Below the pieces are notes generated by a model. That model worked only from the letters and a program-made list of their open reading frames with translations. It ran no database searches and was not told where the DNA came from. A program made the translations under genes and the position numbers. A stretch of DNA of 64,000 nucleotides from Candidatus Poribacteria bacterium (GTDB lineage: Bacteria; Poribacteria; WGA-4E; JAJDTR01): contig CBDCTK010000002.1 in the NCBI GenBank assembly GCA_965222225.1, positions 3,936,001 through 4,000,000 of the forward strand. Direction: 5' to 3'. Shown one piece after another: positions 50,893 to 60,073 of the stretch (position 1 is the stretch's first letter; each line of letters opens with the position of its first letter).

Positions 50893-53034
50893 ATGGACAA
50901 CAACACGAACACGGACGAGACGAAAAAACGCCAAGAAGACCTAGACACTGCGCAGAGGTGGCTCGGCGATGCCCGCGAATGGATCAAATTGGCGGAACAG
51001 TTGAATAGCGAAAGTGCAGAGCGCCAGAATAGCAACTCTCCCGAATTCCACAAGTTGAACGTCGCGCATGTCTGTACAGTCTTGGCATTTCAGTTGGCGT
51101 ACAACTCGCTGCTAGTTGCCGAAGCGAAATGGCCGAGGGAAAAGGATGGCGTAGAGAAAACACACAGGAGGCTGCAAAAGGAGACGCAAAGCACAATAGA
51201 GGGATGGATTAGGGAGACAGGAAACGACAACAGCAATTTATTGAAAAATCTTGACAATTACATGAACGAATACGGGATGGAAAGTGCGTTGGAAGACGGA
51301 AACCACCAATTTAACACTTCGGCGTTGGCAACGGTACTTGATGAGTTACTGACGCTAGGTGAACAAAAACTAACTGACGCTAGAAACGTCATCCATCAGA
51401 ATCAACCCGCTCCCAATCTTGATACCGTCCTTGAGAAAATCGGAGAGATAGCAAGAGCCTCGGAAGGTAGCGACTATATCTATCGCGGTGAACCTGAATA
51501 TTATGACAAAGTATCGTCAAACCTATACCGACACTACGAAGGTGATATTGAGGCAGAACATTTCCGGATAGAAATTGCCCAAGATAACATGTTGGAAGAT
51601 GCCAAACGTTATGCCGAGAAAGGCACTAACTTCGAAATCCTAACTCAACTCCAGCACTTCGGCGGAAAAACCAATCTCATAGATTTTTCTACTGATTACC
51701 TAGTTGCCCTCTTCTTCGCTTGTGATGGCTCTTTTGATGAAGACGGTAGAATTCTCCTATTGAAAGAAACTGAGGTAATCAAGAAACAATATGGCGTCAC
51801 AACACCCCGGATTCCACAAAACCGTGTCTTAGCTCAAAAAAGCAAATTCGTTCAACCTCCCGAGGGCATCATTGATCCAAGCAACGAAATTGATATTCCT
51901 AGCAGCCTCAAAAAGCCGATATTAGACTACCTGAGAAAGCACCACGACATTTCCACTGAAACCATCTATAACGACCTTCATGGATTCATTATAAATCAGA
52001 ATCGCCATCAAAGCGCTTACACGGAGTTCTTCAAAGGTAAGACATGTCACGATAATGAAAACTATCCCAAAGCCATTGCGCATTACACTGAGGCCTTGCA
52101 GCGAAACCCGCAATTGTTTGAAGTTTGTAACAATCGCGGAGTCGCTTACGGTGAGATAGGAATGCATGACTACTCTATCAAAGACTTTGGCAAGGCGATA
52201 GAACTCGAATCAAATAATCCCACGGCATACATCAATCGTGGGCTGGCTTATTACCACAAGGGAGAATATAGTCATGCGATTCAAGATTATAATAAAGCGT
52301 TAGAACTGAAACCCGATTGGGCCGACGCTCAATACAATCGCGGGTTGGCTCACTACCACAACGGCGAATATGAACCTGCTATCAGGGACTTTAGCATTGT
52401 AATAGATAGCGATGCCAACGATTCCAAAGCGTATGACAGTCGCGGAACTGCTTACAGGAAGTTAGGCAAGCATGACTACGCCATCAAAGACTATAGTAAA
52501 GCGATTGAACTCCAATCTGATTATGCCAAGGCTCGTTACAATCGTGGGTTGAGTCATAACGATCAGGCCAGATATGACCGTGCCATTCAAGATTTTAACA
52601 AAGCGATAGAACTGAAACCCGATTGGGCCGACGCCCATAACAATCGCGGGTTAGCATTCTACCACAAGCGGGAATACGACCTCGCTGCCAAAGACTTTAA
52701 CAGTGCAATAAACATCAAACTTAGCCATGCCGCAGCGTACAACAATCGTGGAATCACACACGAGAAAATGGGCAAGCGGGACTGCGCCTTCGAAGACTAT
52801 GACAAGACTATAGAATTAAAACCCGATTGGGCCCCCGCTTATTACAATCGTGGATTGATGTGTTTACACATGGAAGACTGGGAGAAAGCCGAGTCTGACT
52901 TGACTACAGCAAAGAACAAGGGCATGGATATTGTGGCGGCATTTCGTGAACGCTATGCAAGTATTTCCTACTTAGAAAAAGAAATCGGCGTGAAGTTACC
53001 GGAAGACATCGCCGCAATGCTGCAACCTAGCTGA
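50893..53034 (+). CDS. N-terminal helical (HEPN-like?) domain + FRG domain + TPR repeats
   Basis: YIYRGE, LQHFGGKTNLIDFS, NRVLAQKSKF, then about 8 TPRs. Confidence 0.85.
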   Translation: MDNNTNTDETKKRQEDLDTAQRWLGDAREWIKLAEQLNSESAERQNSNSPEFHKLNVAHVCTVLAFQLAYNSLLVAEAKWPREKDGVEKTHRRLQKETQSTIEGWIRETGNDNSNLLKNLDNYMNEYGMESALEDGNHQFNTSALATVLDELLTLGEQKLTDARNVIHQNQPAPNLDTVLEKIGEIARASEGSDYIYRGEPEYYDKVSSNLYRHYEGDIEAEHFRIEIAQDNMLEDAKRYAEKGTNFEILTQLQHFGGKTNLIDFSTDYLVALFFACDGSFDEDGRILLLKETEVIKKQYGVTTPRIPQNRVLAQKSKFVQPPEGIIDPSNEIDIPSSLKKPILDYLRKHHDISTETIYNDLHGFIINQNRHQSAYTEFFKGKTCHDNENYPKAIAHYTEALQRNPQLFEVCNNRGVAYGEIGMHDYSIKDFGKAIELESNNPTAYINRGLAYYHKGEYSHAIQDYNKALELKPDWADAQYNRGLAHYHNGEYEPAIRDFSIVIDSDANDSKAYDSRGTAYRKLGKHDYAIKDYSKAIELQSDYAKARYNRGLSHNDQARYDRAIQDFNKAIELKPDWADAHNNRGLAFYHKREYDLAAKDFNSAINIKLSHAAAYNNRGITHEKMGKRDCAFEDYDKTIELKPDWAPAYYNRGLMCLHMEDWEKAESDLTTAKNKGMDIVAAFRERYASISYLEKEIGVKLPEDIAAMLQPS

Positions 53035-53319
53035 TTGCCTTGAGAAAACCGTGACCAAAACAACGCGTTGTGGTGTAATACCATTTCTCTTTATTTACAG
53101 TGCATTACTACCATCAATCAAGTCTTTCTAATGCGGGGCAAGATGCTCGCCTACCGTTTCGGTACGCAAGGTGATGGTCGGTATAGGCTTTTTCATAATA
53201 GCATAATTGAAATCCATTATACGCAATTTTATATTAGCGAAACGGTGTAATTACCCCAAAAACGAGACAGAGGATAGGACTACTAGCCTATCAAACTCCT
53301 TTCAAAATCATACGGTGTT

Positions 53320-54231
53320 TCACTTCCCATCCTTATACTTCTCCACAGGGCTCCGTTCCTCCGGCGCCTCCCTCACATACCGCGCCGGCATCGTCGGGTC
53401 CTGCCACCGCCCCGCCCGCTGCACCTCCTTCATTGTTGCCCCGGCGTCGGCAAGCGACACCGCAGACCCGATACGAAGGGAGTGTCCACCGATCAATTCC
53501 TCCACGCCAGCTTCCACCGCCCGCCGCTGTATCGCTTCTCGTGCCCCCTTCACCCCCAGCCGATCGTCAGTCACATGATTCTGGAAGCGTATTCTCCGGA
53601 ACAGAGCCGCCGACGCAATCCCTGCTCTCCTTCGATACCGCTCTATCAACCGACGTGTCGATTCGCAGATATACAGGAATTCGCCCCGCTTCTCCGCATC
53701 TGCTTTTTTGCCGCGCACCTGAAGTCCCTCGGCTTTAACATCCTCCACATCAACAGCAACCGCCTCCGAGATGCGTAACAGGCAATCGCTCATCAAGCTA
53801 ATCATGGCGGCATCCCGCAACCCCGCCGCTGTATCTGACGATTCCGCCGCCGCGCACACCCGCTCCACTTCGTGCCATGTCAGCCCGTCTACCTGACGGC
53901 GCCCGCGCCCTTTACCTTCGCCGCGGATACTCGACAATGTGCGAATGGTGATGTCCCCAACCACATTGCCAACCCCACGGTACTCAGCCATCCACTTCAC
54001 CGCGGAAACGACCAGGTTGATTGTCGCCGGTGACTTCCCTTCTGCATGAAGGAACTTGATATATTCCTCCAACACCGCATCGGTAAGGGCGCGTCCCTCT
54101 AGCCATGCCTCCAGCTTGCGCGTCGCGTGCTCATACGCTTTGAGCGTGTTGTCCGACACGTTTGCCCTAATCTCCTCGCCCGTACCAGAGGCGATACGCA
54201 AACCGGTGTCCAGTTCCTTCCCTTGCTTCAT
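53320..54231 (-). CDS. Tyrosine recombinase (Cre-like phage integrase family)
   Basis: RDAAMI...LLRISE, GHSLRIG, AGRW and RY catalytic motifs. Confidence 0.9.
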   Translation of the reverse strand: MKQGKELDTGLRIASGTGEEIRANVSDNTLKAYEHATRKLEAWLEGRALTDAVLEEYIKFLHAEGKSPATINLVVSAVKWMAEYRGVGNVVGDITIRTLSSIRGEGKGRGRRQVDGLTWHEVERVCAAAESSDTAAGLRDAAMISLMSDCLLRISEAVAVDVEDVKAEGLQVRGKKADAEKRGEFLYICESTRRLIERYRRRAGIASAALFRRIRFQNHVTDDRLGVKGAREAIQRRAVEAGVEELIGGHSLRIGSAVSLADAGATMKEVQRAGRWQDPTMPARYVREAPEERSPVEKYKDGK

Positions 54232-54376
54232 GATAAAATCCTCGTCAGACTTACGCCTACGTTGCCATATTCATCGACCATCCTAGCCTTCCGTCCATAG
54301 CTGGCACGCCAAGTGAACATGGCAACACGAACGTCGTTATTTACAGGCAGCTCCAAAGAATCTCGACCTGCCTGCC

Positions 54377-55387
54377 TTAGAACTGGCCTTCCCTGACCAT
54401 CGTTCGACTTAATCTTCTCACCACCGACGGCGTCACCGGATCATTGTCCAGGAGGAACCCCTCGCCCTTCTTTAGTTTAACGGAAGCAACACTGTCCAGC
54501 TCAGCCAGTTCCTTCGCCCCTTGCAATGCCTTTAGATCGCCCCCGTAGTAATCGTACCAAGGCAGTCCCGCGTTTGTGTAATTCTGAGCCGTCGGCGGCT
54601 CACTTGGCGGCTGGCACCCCGTCAAGTGCAAGAGCTGAACGCTATTGACGATATGCACGAAGCAGCGTGAGCCGTTCGACGTGTCCCACGCATCGATACC
54701 GTGTTCGTCCTCGTATATCTCTTGCCGCATGAGTCCCCCCGGCGCCAACCCCATCTCCTCAATTATTTTCAAGCTTTCCCGCGATGTCTCGCTGTTCGTT
54801 GATGATAGTACCTCACCTAGCCTTTCTTCGTAATTTGACCGCTTCATGGGGTAGACGGCGATCTGAAGTCCGCCGTGCTCCGCCTCTCCCGTTAGTTGTT
54901 CCTCCGCCGTGTAGCCGTCCCCCAGCGGCATCGCCACGAACTGCCATATCAAGCCCTTCTGTACGCAGAACCCGTCCAACCACGGCTGACCCGGCACCAC
55001 CACGTAGTCCTGCGGTTCACCGCTGAGTCCCTCGCTCCATGCCTCTCCGGTCACCGCGTTCACCTTCCCCGCCGCAATCTTCACCGCCATCGGATAGTCG
55101 CCGCGAAAATTAATCCACAGCGCCTCCGCTTGGAACATCGGTAAAAACACCCCGCCATGTCGGCTCCACTTTTCCGGCAAGTCATCTGGATAGTCGTCCA
55201 CGCGGCTCAGCGGAAATTTCCCCAGCCCCGGCGGTAGATAATGTTCCCGATTATCGTCCGGAATCCGCAATGTCCGCTGGAATTCGATCGCGAGCTCCGC
55301 ATCCTCGTGTACGTCAGGGAATCGAAATATAAGCTGATCGTCTTTCAGTTCGATAGTCTTGTTTCGCTTCTTGGTCCTGTTAGCCAT
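54377..55387 (-). CDS. Conserved hypothetical protein
   Basis: Long ORF with FQRTLRIPDD, QPWLDG, QFVAMPLG and YTNAGLPWYDY; function not recognised. Confidence 0.8.
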   Translation of the reverse strand: MANRTKKRNKTIELKDDQLIFRFPDVHEDAELAIEFQRTLRIPDDNREHYLPPGLGKFPLSRVDDYPDDLPEKWSRHGGVFLPMFQAEALWINFRGDYPMAVKIAAGKVNAVTGEAWSEGLSGEPQDYVVVPGQPWLDGFCVQKGLIWQFVAMPLGDGYTAEEQLTGEAEHGGLQIAVYPMKRSNYEERLGEVLSSTNSETSRESLKIIEEMGLAPGGLMRQEIYEDEHGIDAWDTSNGSRCFVHIVNSVQLLHLTGCQPPSEPPTAQNYTNAGLPWYDYYGGDLKALQGAKELAELDSVASVKLKKGEGFLLDNDPVTPSVVRRLSRTMVREGQF

Positions 55388-55972
55388 TTTCGTAACACCT
55401 CTTTATTTGAGTTTGCAAAAGCAATTGCGAAAGCCGCGCAGAATCCACTTATATCCTATAACAATAATTATACAACATAAGATTGCCAAAGTCAAATCCT
55501 TTTTTTGGGAGCCCCTTTTCAATTGCGCGAAACATCGGCACGCGTTATAATTCCCTAACCAGATTTTCCACACGCTTGACAACTCACCTATTTCCGCGTT
55601 AGTCGCTTTATTCCTCGTCATCTGTGAGATGATAAGACACTGAGAAGCTGGTTGCATGTTGCCGAATTGATTAGATTCTCCACCCTAAATCTCCTCCATT
55701 TCTGTCTAAAGGATGGGGCTAAGTTCAGTTATTTTGGGTAGCAATTTCGGTTTCATGCCTTCATACCGAAATTTCATACCTACGCTCTTTTGACTTTAAC
55801 ATGAAAACTGCGTAGAATCCAGTGATAGCATGAGTTCTACCCCTCTCTCTGTCTCTACCGAAAACCCCCGTTTGGTATGAAAATTATGAAATTTCCGAGG
55901 TGTACTAAACGAGGGTTTTCAGGTCACACTTGGAGTTTGCAAACAGGTTCAAAACGAAAGGACTCCTAGACC

Positions 55973-57742
55973 ATCAAACTCCACCACAAAATCTTCCTCA
56001 CCTACACGTCGCTCTTCCTCGTCACCATCGGCGGGATATTCGCGATTGCGAGTTATTTTATACGCGCCGCGTTTGACGGGCAGATTCGCGAGGAAGCGGC
56101 AGAATTCAGAACTCGTATCTCGGAGACGCACAATTCCTTGGTTGCGGACATTGAGGAGAAGGTCGAGACTGAAAGAACCGACCCCGATGTCGTGCGCGCC
56201 ATCAGAAACCAAGAAACACGGCCGACGACGATTAGAGACACCGTGCTGGAAATTCTGGAGTACGGGGACGCCGACGGGCAAATCATCGCCAGTCGATTGG
56301 ATCTGGATCTTCGCCGGGGAGAGGTTGATTCGGAAGCGCGGGATCGCGCAGTAAACAGAGCCCCCAAATCCGCGATTCGGCTGAGAAACACGCGGCGCGG
56401 CGAAATCGGTTCCTCCGAATCGGCAATCGAGGTCACGCTGCCAATCAAGGCGGGCGAGAGAATCTTGGGTTTTGTCACGGGCGGCTATTTCTTGCGAGAT
56501 CGACTTCGTCGTGCGCTGAGCAACCAATCACGACATACGGTTTTTCTTCGGGAAGCGGACGAACTAATCCCTCTGAATCGATCGGAAGGTTCCGTTCCGG
56601 TCGAGAAAAATGAGCTGATTCAGGCTGCCGGCACGGACAAAACCGGCAGGTTCTCAAAGATCAAAATTGATAACATGCCGCACAGCGTTATTCCGGTAGC
56701 GCTGCCGACGTTGCCGTCAAGCTCACCCGTCGAATTGATTATCGCGTATTCTCACCAAAACGAAATCAGGTTGCAGCGCCAGTTGACACTGATTCTTTTT
56801 GTCGTGGCGGCGGTCGGACTGCTGTTCGCCTATATTGCCAGCTACCTGATCGGACTCCGGATGACCAAACCCATTCACGAACTCACGTCAGGCGTAAGCC
56901 GGATCGCGTCCGGGGAGCTTAACCACCAACTGGATGTCCGCACCCGAGACGAAATCGGACAGCTTATGCAAGGCGTCAACCGGATGGCGACAGATCTGAA
57001 AACCAACTTGGAGCGACGAATTAGCGCTGAACGTGTCGCCGCGTGGCAGGATGTGGCGCGCCAAATTGCCCACGAAATCAAGAACCCGCTGTTTCCTATT
57101 CGAGTCTCAATCGAAAACCTTCAGAAAGCGCGCTCGCAGCCCGAAATCTTCGATAAGATATGCGACGAATGCACCGAGACCATCATTGAAGAGGTCGACC
57201 GACTCCAGCGGATGGTGGACGAATTCCATCAATTCGCTCGGCTGCCCCTTCCCGACCGAAAGCCTTCCAATCTCAATCAAATCGCCGAACACGCACTGAA
57301 TCTGTACTCCCAATCGTTATCGCAGATTCGGATTGAGGCCGACCTTCACCCCGACCTGCCTCGCATCTCCATCGACCCGGAACAGATTGCCCAAGTTTTG
57401 CAGAATCTGATCAAGAACGCCGTTGAAGCCATGCCGGACGGAGGAAGTTTGCGTATTTCAAACCTGCCAATTGATGGGAGCGGGGTTGCGGTAGAGGTTC
57501 AGGACACGGGTATGGGAATGTCGCCGGAAACACAGAAGGAAATGTTTACCCCGTACTACACAACAAAGGAAACCGGAACCGGCTTGGGCATGGCGATTGT
57601 GCAACGAATCATTTCCGATCACGGCGGCAAAATCTCCGTGACGAGTACGGAGGGGGCTGGCACAACAGTGCGTCTTGAGTTTCCGAATCCCGCCCGATCA
57701 ACCGAACGAATAGATCAAACGACCGAATTGGCAGTGCGATAG
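55973..57742 (+). CDS. HAMP-domain sensor histidine kinase (NtrY-like); start codon appears to be ATC
   Basis: TM1 upstream of the called ORF, HAMP, ARQIAHEIKNPL, NLIKNAVEA, DTGMG and GTGLGM motifs. Confidence 0.85.
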   Translation: MKLHHKIFLTYTSLFLVTIGGIFAIASYFIRAAFDGQIREEAAEFRTRISETHNSLVADIEEKVETERTDPDVVRAIRNQETRPTTIRDTVLEILEYGDADGQIIASRLDLDLRRGEVDSEARDRAVNRAPKSAIRLRNTRRGEIGSSESAIEVTLPIKAGERILGFVTGGYFLRDRLRRALSNQSRHTVFLREADELIPLNRSEGSVPVEKNELIQAAGTDKTGRFSKIKIDNMPHSVIPVALPTLPSSSPVELIIAYSHQNEIRLQRQLTLILFVVAAVGLLFAYIASYLIGLRMTKPIHELTSGVSRIASGELNHQLDVRTRDEIGQLMQGVNRMATDLKTNLERRISAERVAAWQDVARQIAHEIKNPLFPIRVSIENLQKARSQPEIFDKICDECTETIIEEVDRLQRMVDEFHQFARLPLPDRKPSNLNQIAEHALNLYSQSLSQIRIEADLHPDLPRISIDPEQIAQVLQNLIKNAVEAMPDGGSLRISNLPIDGSGVAVEVQDTGMGMSPETQKEMFTPYYTTKETGTGLGMAIVQRIISDHGGKISVTSTEGAGTTVRLEFPNPARSTERIDQTTELAVR

Positions 57743-57819
57743 AGTTCCCATAGAGATCCCTTCAAGCGAGTGGATAACGAGCAGTCAAAGGCGCGAATAG
57801 CGACTGCGATAGAAATCCT
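57696..57819 (+). repeat. Nested mini-element cluster overlapping the kinase 3' end
   Basis: Openers at 57696 and 57713; the stop TAG lies in GCGATAG. Confidence 0.85.
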
Positions 57820-58104
57820 AGTGAAACCCAACACCCAATCCAACTGAAGCGGGAAACAGTAGTAGGCGCGCTCCGTCGTGCCGTAACGTGCACAAGGGAC
57901 GGCATACAGAGTATGCCTACTACTGGCAACTTAGGTTAAATAGCTCTCTGCGCCCCTGAACTCCGATTGCAACAGCCCGCAACCAGCCCCCCATTTCTTC
58001 CTTGCATTTTCCATTGGCGTGTGCTAAACTCCGCAAGGTTTTCCAAGTACTAAACCGCACCAATTTTTATCGAATTTTGACATACAATATAAGGAGGATC
58101 ACAA

Positions 58105-58359
58105 ATGTTTGTTTGCACAGCTTGCGGCTATTTATGGACGGATGCGGCGGGACCACCCGACGAATGCCCCGCATGTACCGCGCCAAAGGAGAAATACGTT
58201 CCCTATGACGACCGTGCGGAAAGATGGGTGAAAAAAGCGGTGGCGTCTCATGTGATGTATCCCGATGAAGAAGGGGCAGATCTGCGCGCGGAAAATTCGG
58301 CGCTGTCCTCACATGTTCGCTTCGCACTCGTTGGTTTGCTTGAAGAACTCAAGGAGTAA
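58105..58359 (+). CDS. Rubredoxin-like small protein
   Basis: CTACGY...PDECPAC; SD AAGGAGG. Confidence 0.8.
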   Translation: MFVCTACGYLWTDAAGPPDECPACTAPKEKYVPYDDRAERWVKKAVASHVMYPDEEGADLRAENSALSSHVRFALVGLLEELKE

Positions 58360-58428
58360 CTTGCTAGTTATGCCATCTCTCTAAAATGACAGGCATCAAT
58401 GACGTGAATTAGAATCGCGATTCGGAGA

Positions 58429-58482
58429 GGGATTTCTATCGCGCTCCTTGTTCAGTCGCTTGATTTGTCCGCTCGCTTGATC
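58429..58482 (-). repeat. Nested mini-elements (reverse) next to half of a REP
   Basis: Reverse complement is AATCAA GC GA CT GAACA AG GA GC GCGATAG AAATCCC. Confidence 0.85.
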
Positions 58483-58552
58483 TTGAAACTAGCAGGTTTT
58501 CACCCCAAGGAGATATGTGATGCGACAACCGATAATCACTAACACAAAGATA

Positions 58553-60073
58553 ATGAAAATACTTAAACCAATTGCTTGCCTGCTGCTGACCCTATACGCG
58601 ACAGCACTATACGCGGCAGGATTCGAAGACATCGAAACTCAGGTGCAAGAGCACGTGCTGTCCAACGGAATGAAGTTCATTATCCTAGAGCGGCACGAGG
58701 CGCCCGTTTTCTCGGGATACATCTACGTCAATGTCGGCGGCGTTGACGAACCTACAGGGAACACCGGAATCGCCCATGTTTTCGAGCACATGGCGTTCAA
58801 AGGAACGACAACGCTCGGGACAAAGAACTACCAAGAAGAAAAAACCACCATGGACGAGATGGATGCGGTGTACGACCAACTTAGAAACGAGTGGGTAAAA
58901 GGCGATCGCGCCGACCCCGAGAAGTTGAAGCAGTTAGAGGCGGAGTTTGACACCCTGCAAGAAAAGGGATCGCAGCACTCCGACGGTGAGGAATATTCCA
59001 AACTTCTGGAGCAAGAGGGCGCTGTCGGTCTCAACGCAACCACATCCGCGGATTCCACCGAATATTTCTACAGTCTTCCGTCAAATCGGCTTGAACTCTG
59101 GATGGCGCTCGAATCGTCACGGTTTCTCGACCCGGTGATGAGGGAATTCTTCAAAGAGAAAGATGTCATCAAGGAGGAACGCCGAGGCCGCGTGGACAGC
59201 AGCCCTATCGGCAGGCTGCTTGAGGAACTGAAGGGAGTGGCTTTTCTGGCGCATCCCTACGGTCGTCCGATCATCGGTCACATGTCGGACATCAATACAA
59301 CAACGCGCGCCGAGGCGCTTGCATTCTTCAAGCAATATTATGCGCCAAGCAATATGGTGGCGGCTATCGTCGGGGATGTCCAGGCAGATCTAGTGATGCA
59401 AATGGCGGAAGAATATTTTGGCAAAATCCCGTCGCGTGCGAATCCGCCCCTTGTCGAGACCACGGAGCCGAAACAGTTGGGGACACGGCATGTTAAACTT
59501 CTGGAGCAATCACAACCCATTTTCATTGCCGCTTACCATGTCCCAGCCGTCAGGCATCCCAATTACATTGTCCTGGGAGCCATTGCGGACATTCTGTCCT
59601 CCGGGCGCACGTCGCGCTTTCACAAGAAGTTAATCCGTGACGAGAAATCCTCAATCTCTATCGGCGCTTTTCCGGGGTATCCGGGCGACAAATATGCCAG
59701 CCTTTTCGTAATTTACTCCTTCCCGGCGCAGGGACATTCAAACGAGAAAAACGAAGAGATGATAATGGCTGAGATTGAGAATCTCAAGACCGAACATGTG
59801 ACAGAAGACGAGTTGAAGAAAGTCAAGAGGAACGCGAAAGCTGGTTTTATCCGATCGTTGCGCTCCAACCAAGGCTTAGCCGCGCAGTTGTGCACCTACG
59901 AATTTATCCACGACGATTGGCGCGAGATTTTCAACCTGTTGGAACAGATTGAGAAGATAACCCGGGAAGACATCAAACGCGTCGCGAACGAATACTTCGT
60001 GGATAGCAATCGTTCTGTCGCAGAAATCGTTACGGAAGAAGCATCGAAAGAAGACATGGAGGCGGGTGAATGA
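58553..60073 (+). CDS. M16 (pitrilysin-like) zinc peptidase, active subunit
   Basis: GIAHVFEHMAFKGT (HxxEH), NATTS and EERR motifs. Confidence 0.92.
   Translation: MKILKPIACLLLTLYATALYAAGFEDIETQVQEHVLSNGMKFIILERHEAPVFSGYIYVNVGGVDEPTGNTGIAHVFEHMAFKGTTTLGTKNYQEEKTTMDEMDAVYDQLRNEWVKGDRADPEKLKQLEAEFDTLQEKGSQHSDGEEYSKLLEQEGAVGLNATTSADSTEYFYSLPSNRLELWMALESSRFLDPVMREFFKEKDVIKEERRGRVDSSPIGRLLEELKGVAFLAHPYGRPIIGHMSDINTTTRAEALAFFKQYYAPSNMVAAIVGDVQADLVMQMAEEYFGKIPSRANPPLVETTEPKQLGTRHVKLLEQSQPIFIAAYHVPAVRHPNYIVLGAIADILSSGRTSRFHKKLIRDEKSSISIGAFPGYPGDKYASLFVIYSFPAQGHSNEKNEEMIMAEIENLKTEHVTEDELKKVKRNAKAGFIRSLRSNQGLAAQLCTYEFIHDDWREIFNLLEQIEKITREDIKRVANEYFVDSNRSVAEIVTEEASKEDMEAGE

Noticed and set aside
53320-54231. 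Integron integrase or prophage
   Set aside because: No attC cassettes or phage genes were seen. Nothing in the sequence links this recombinase to the mini-elements.
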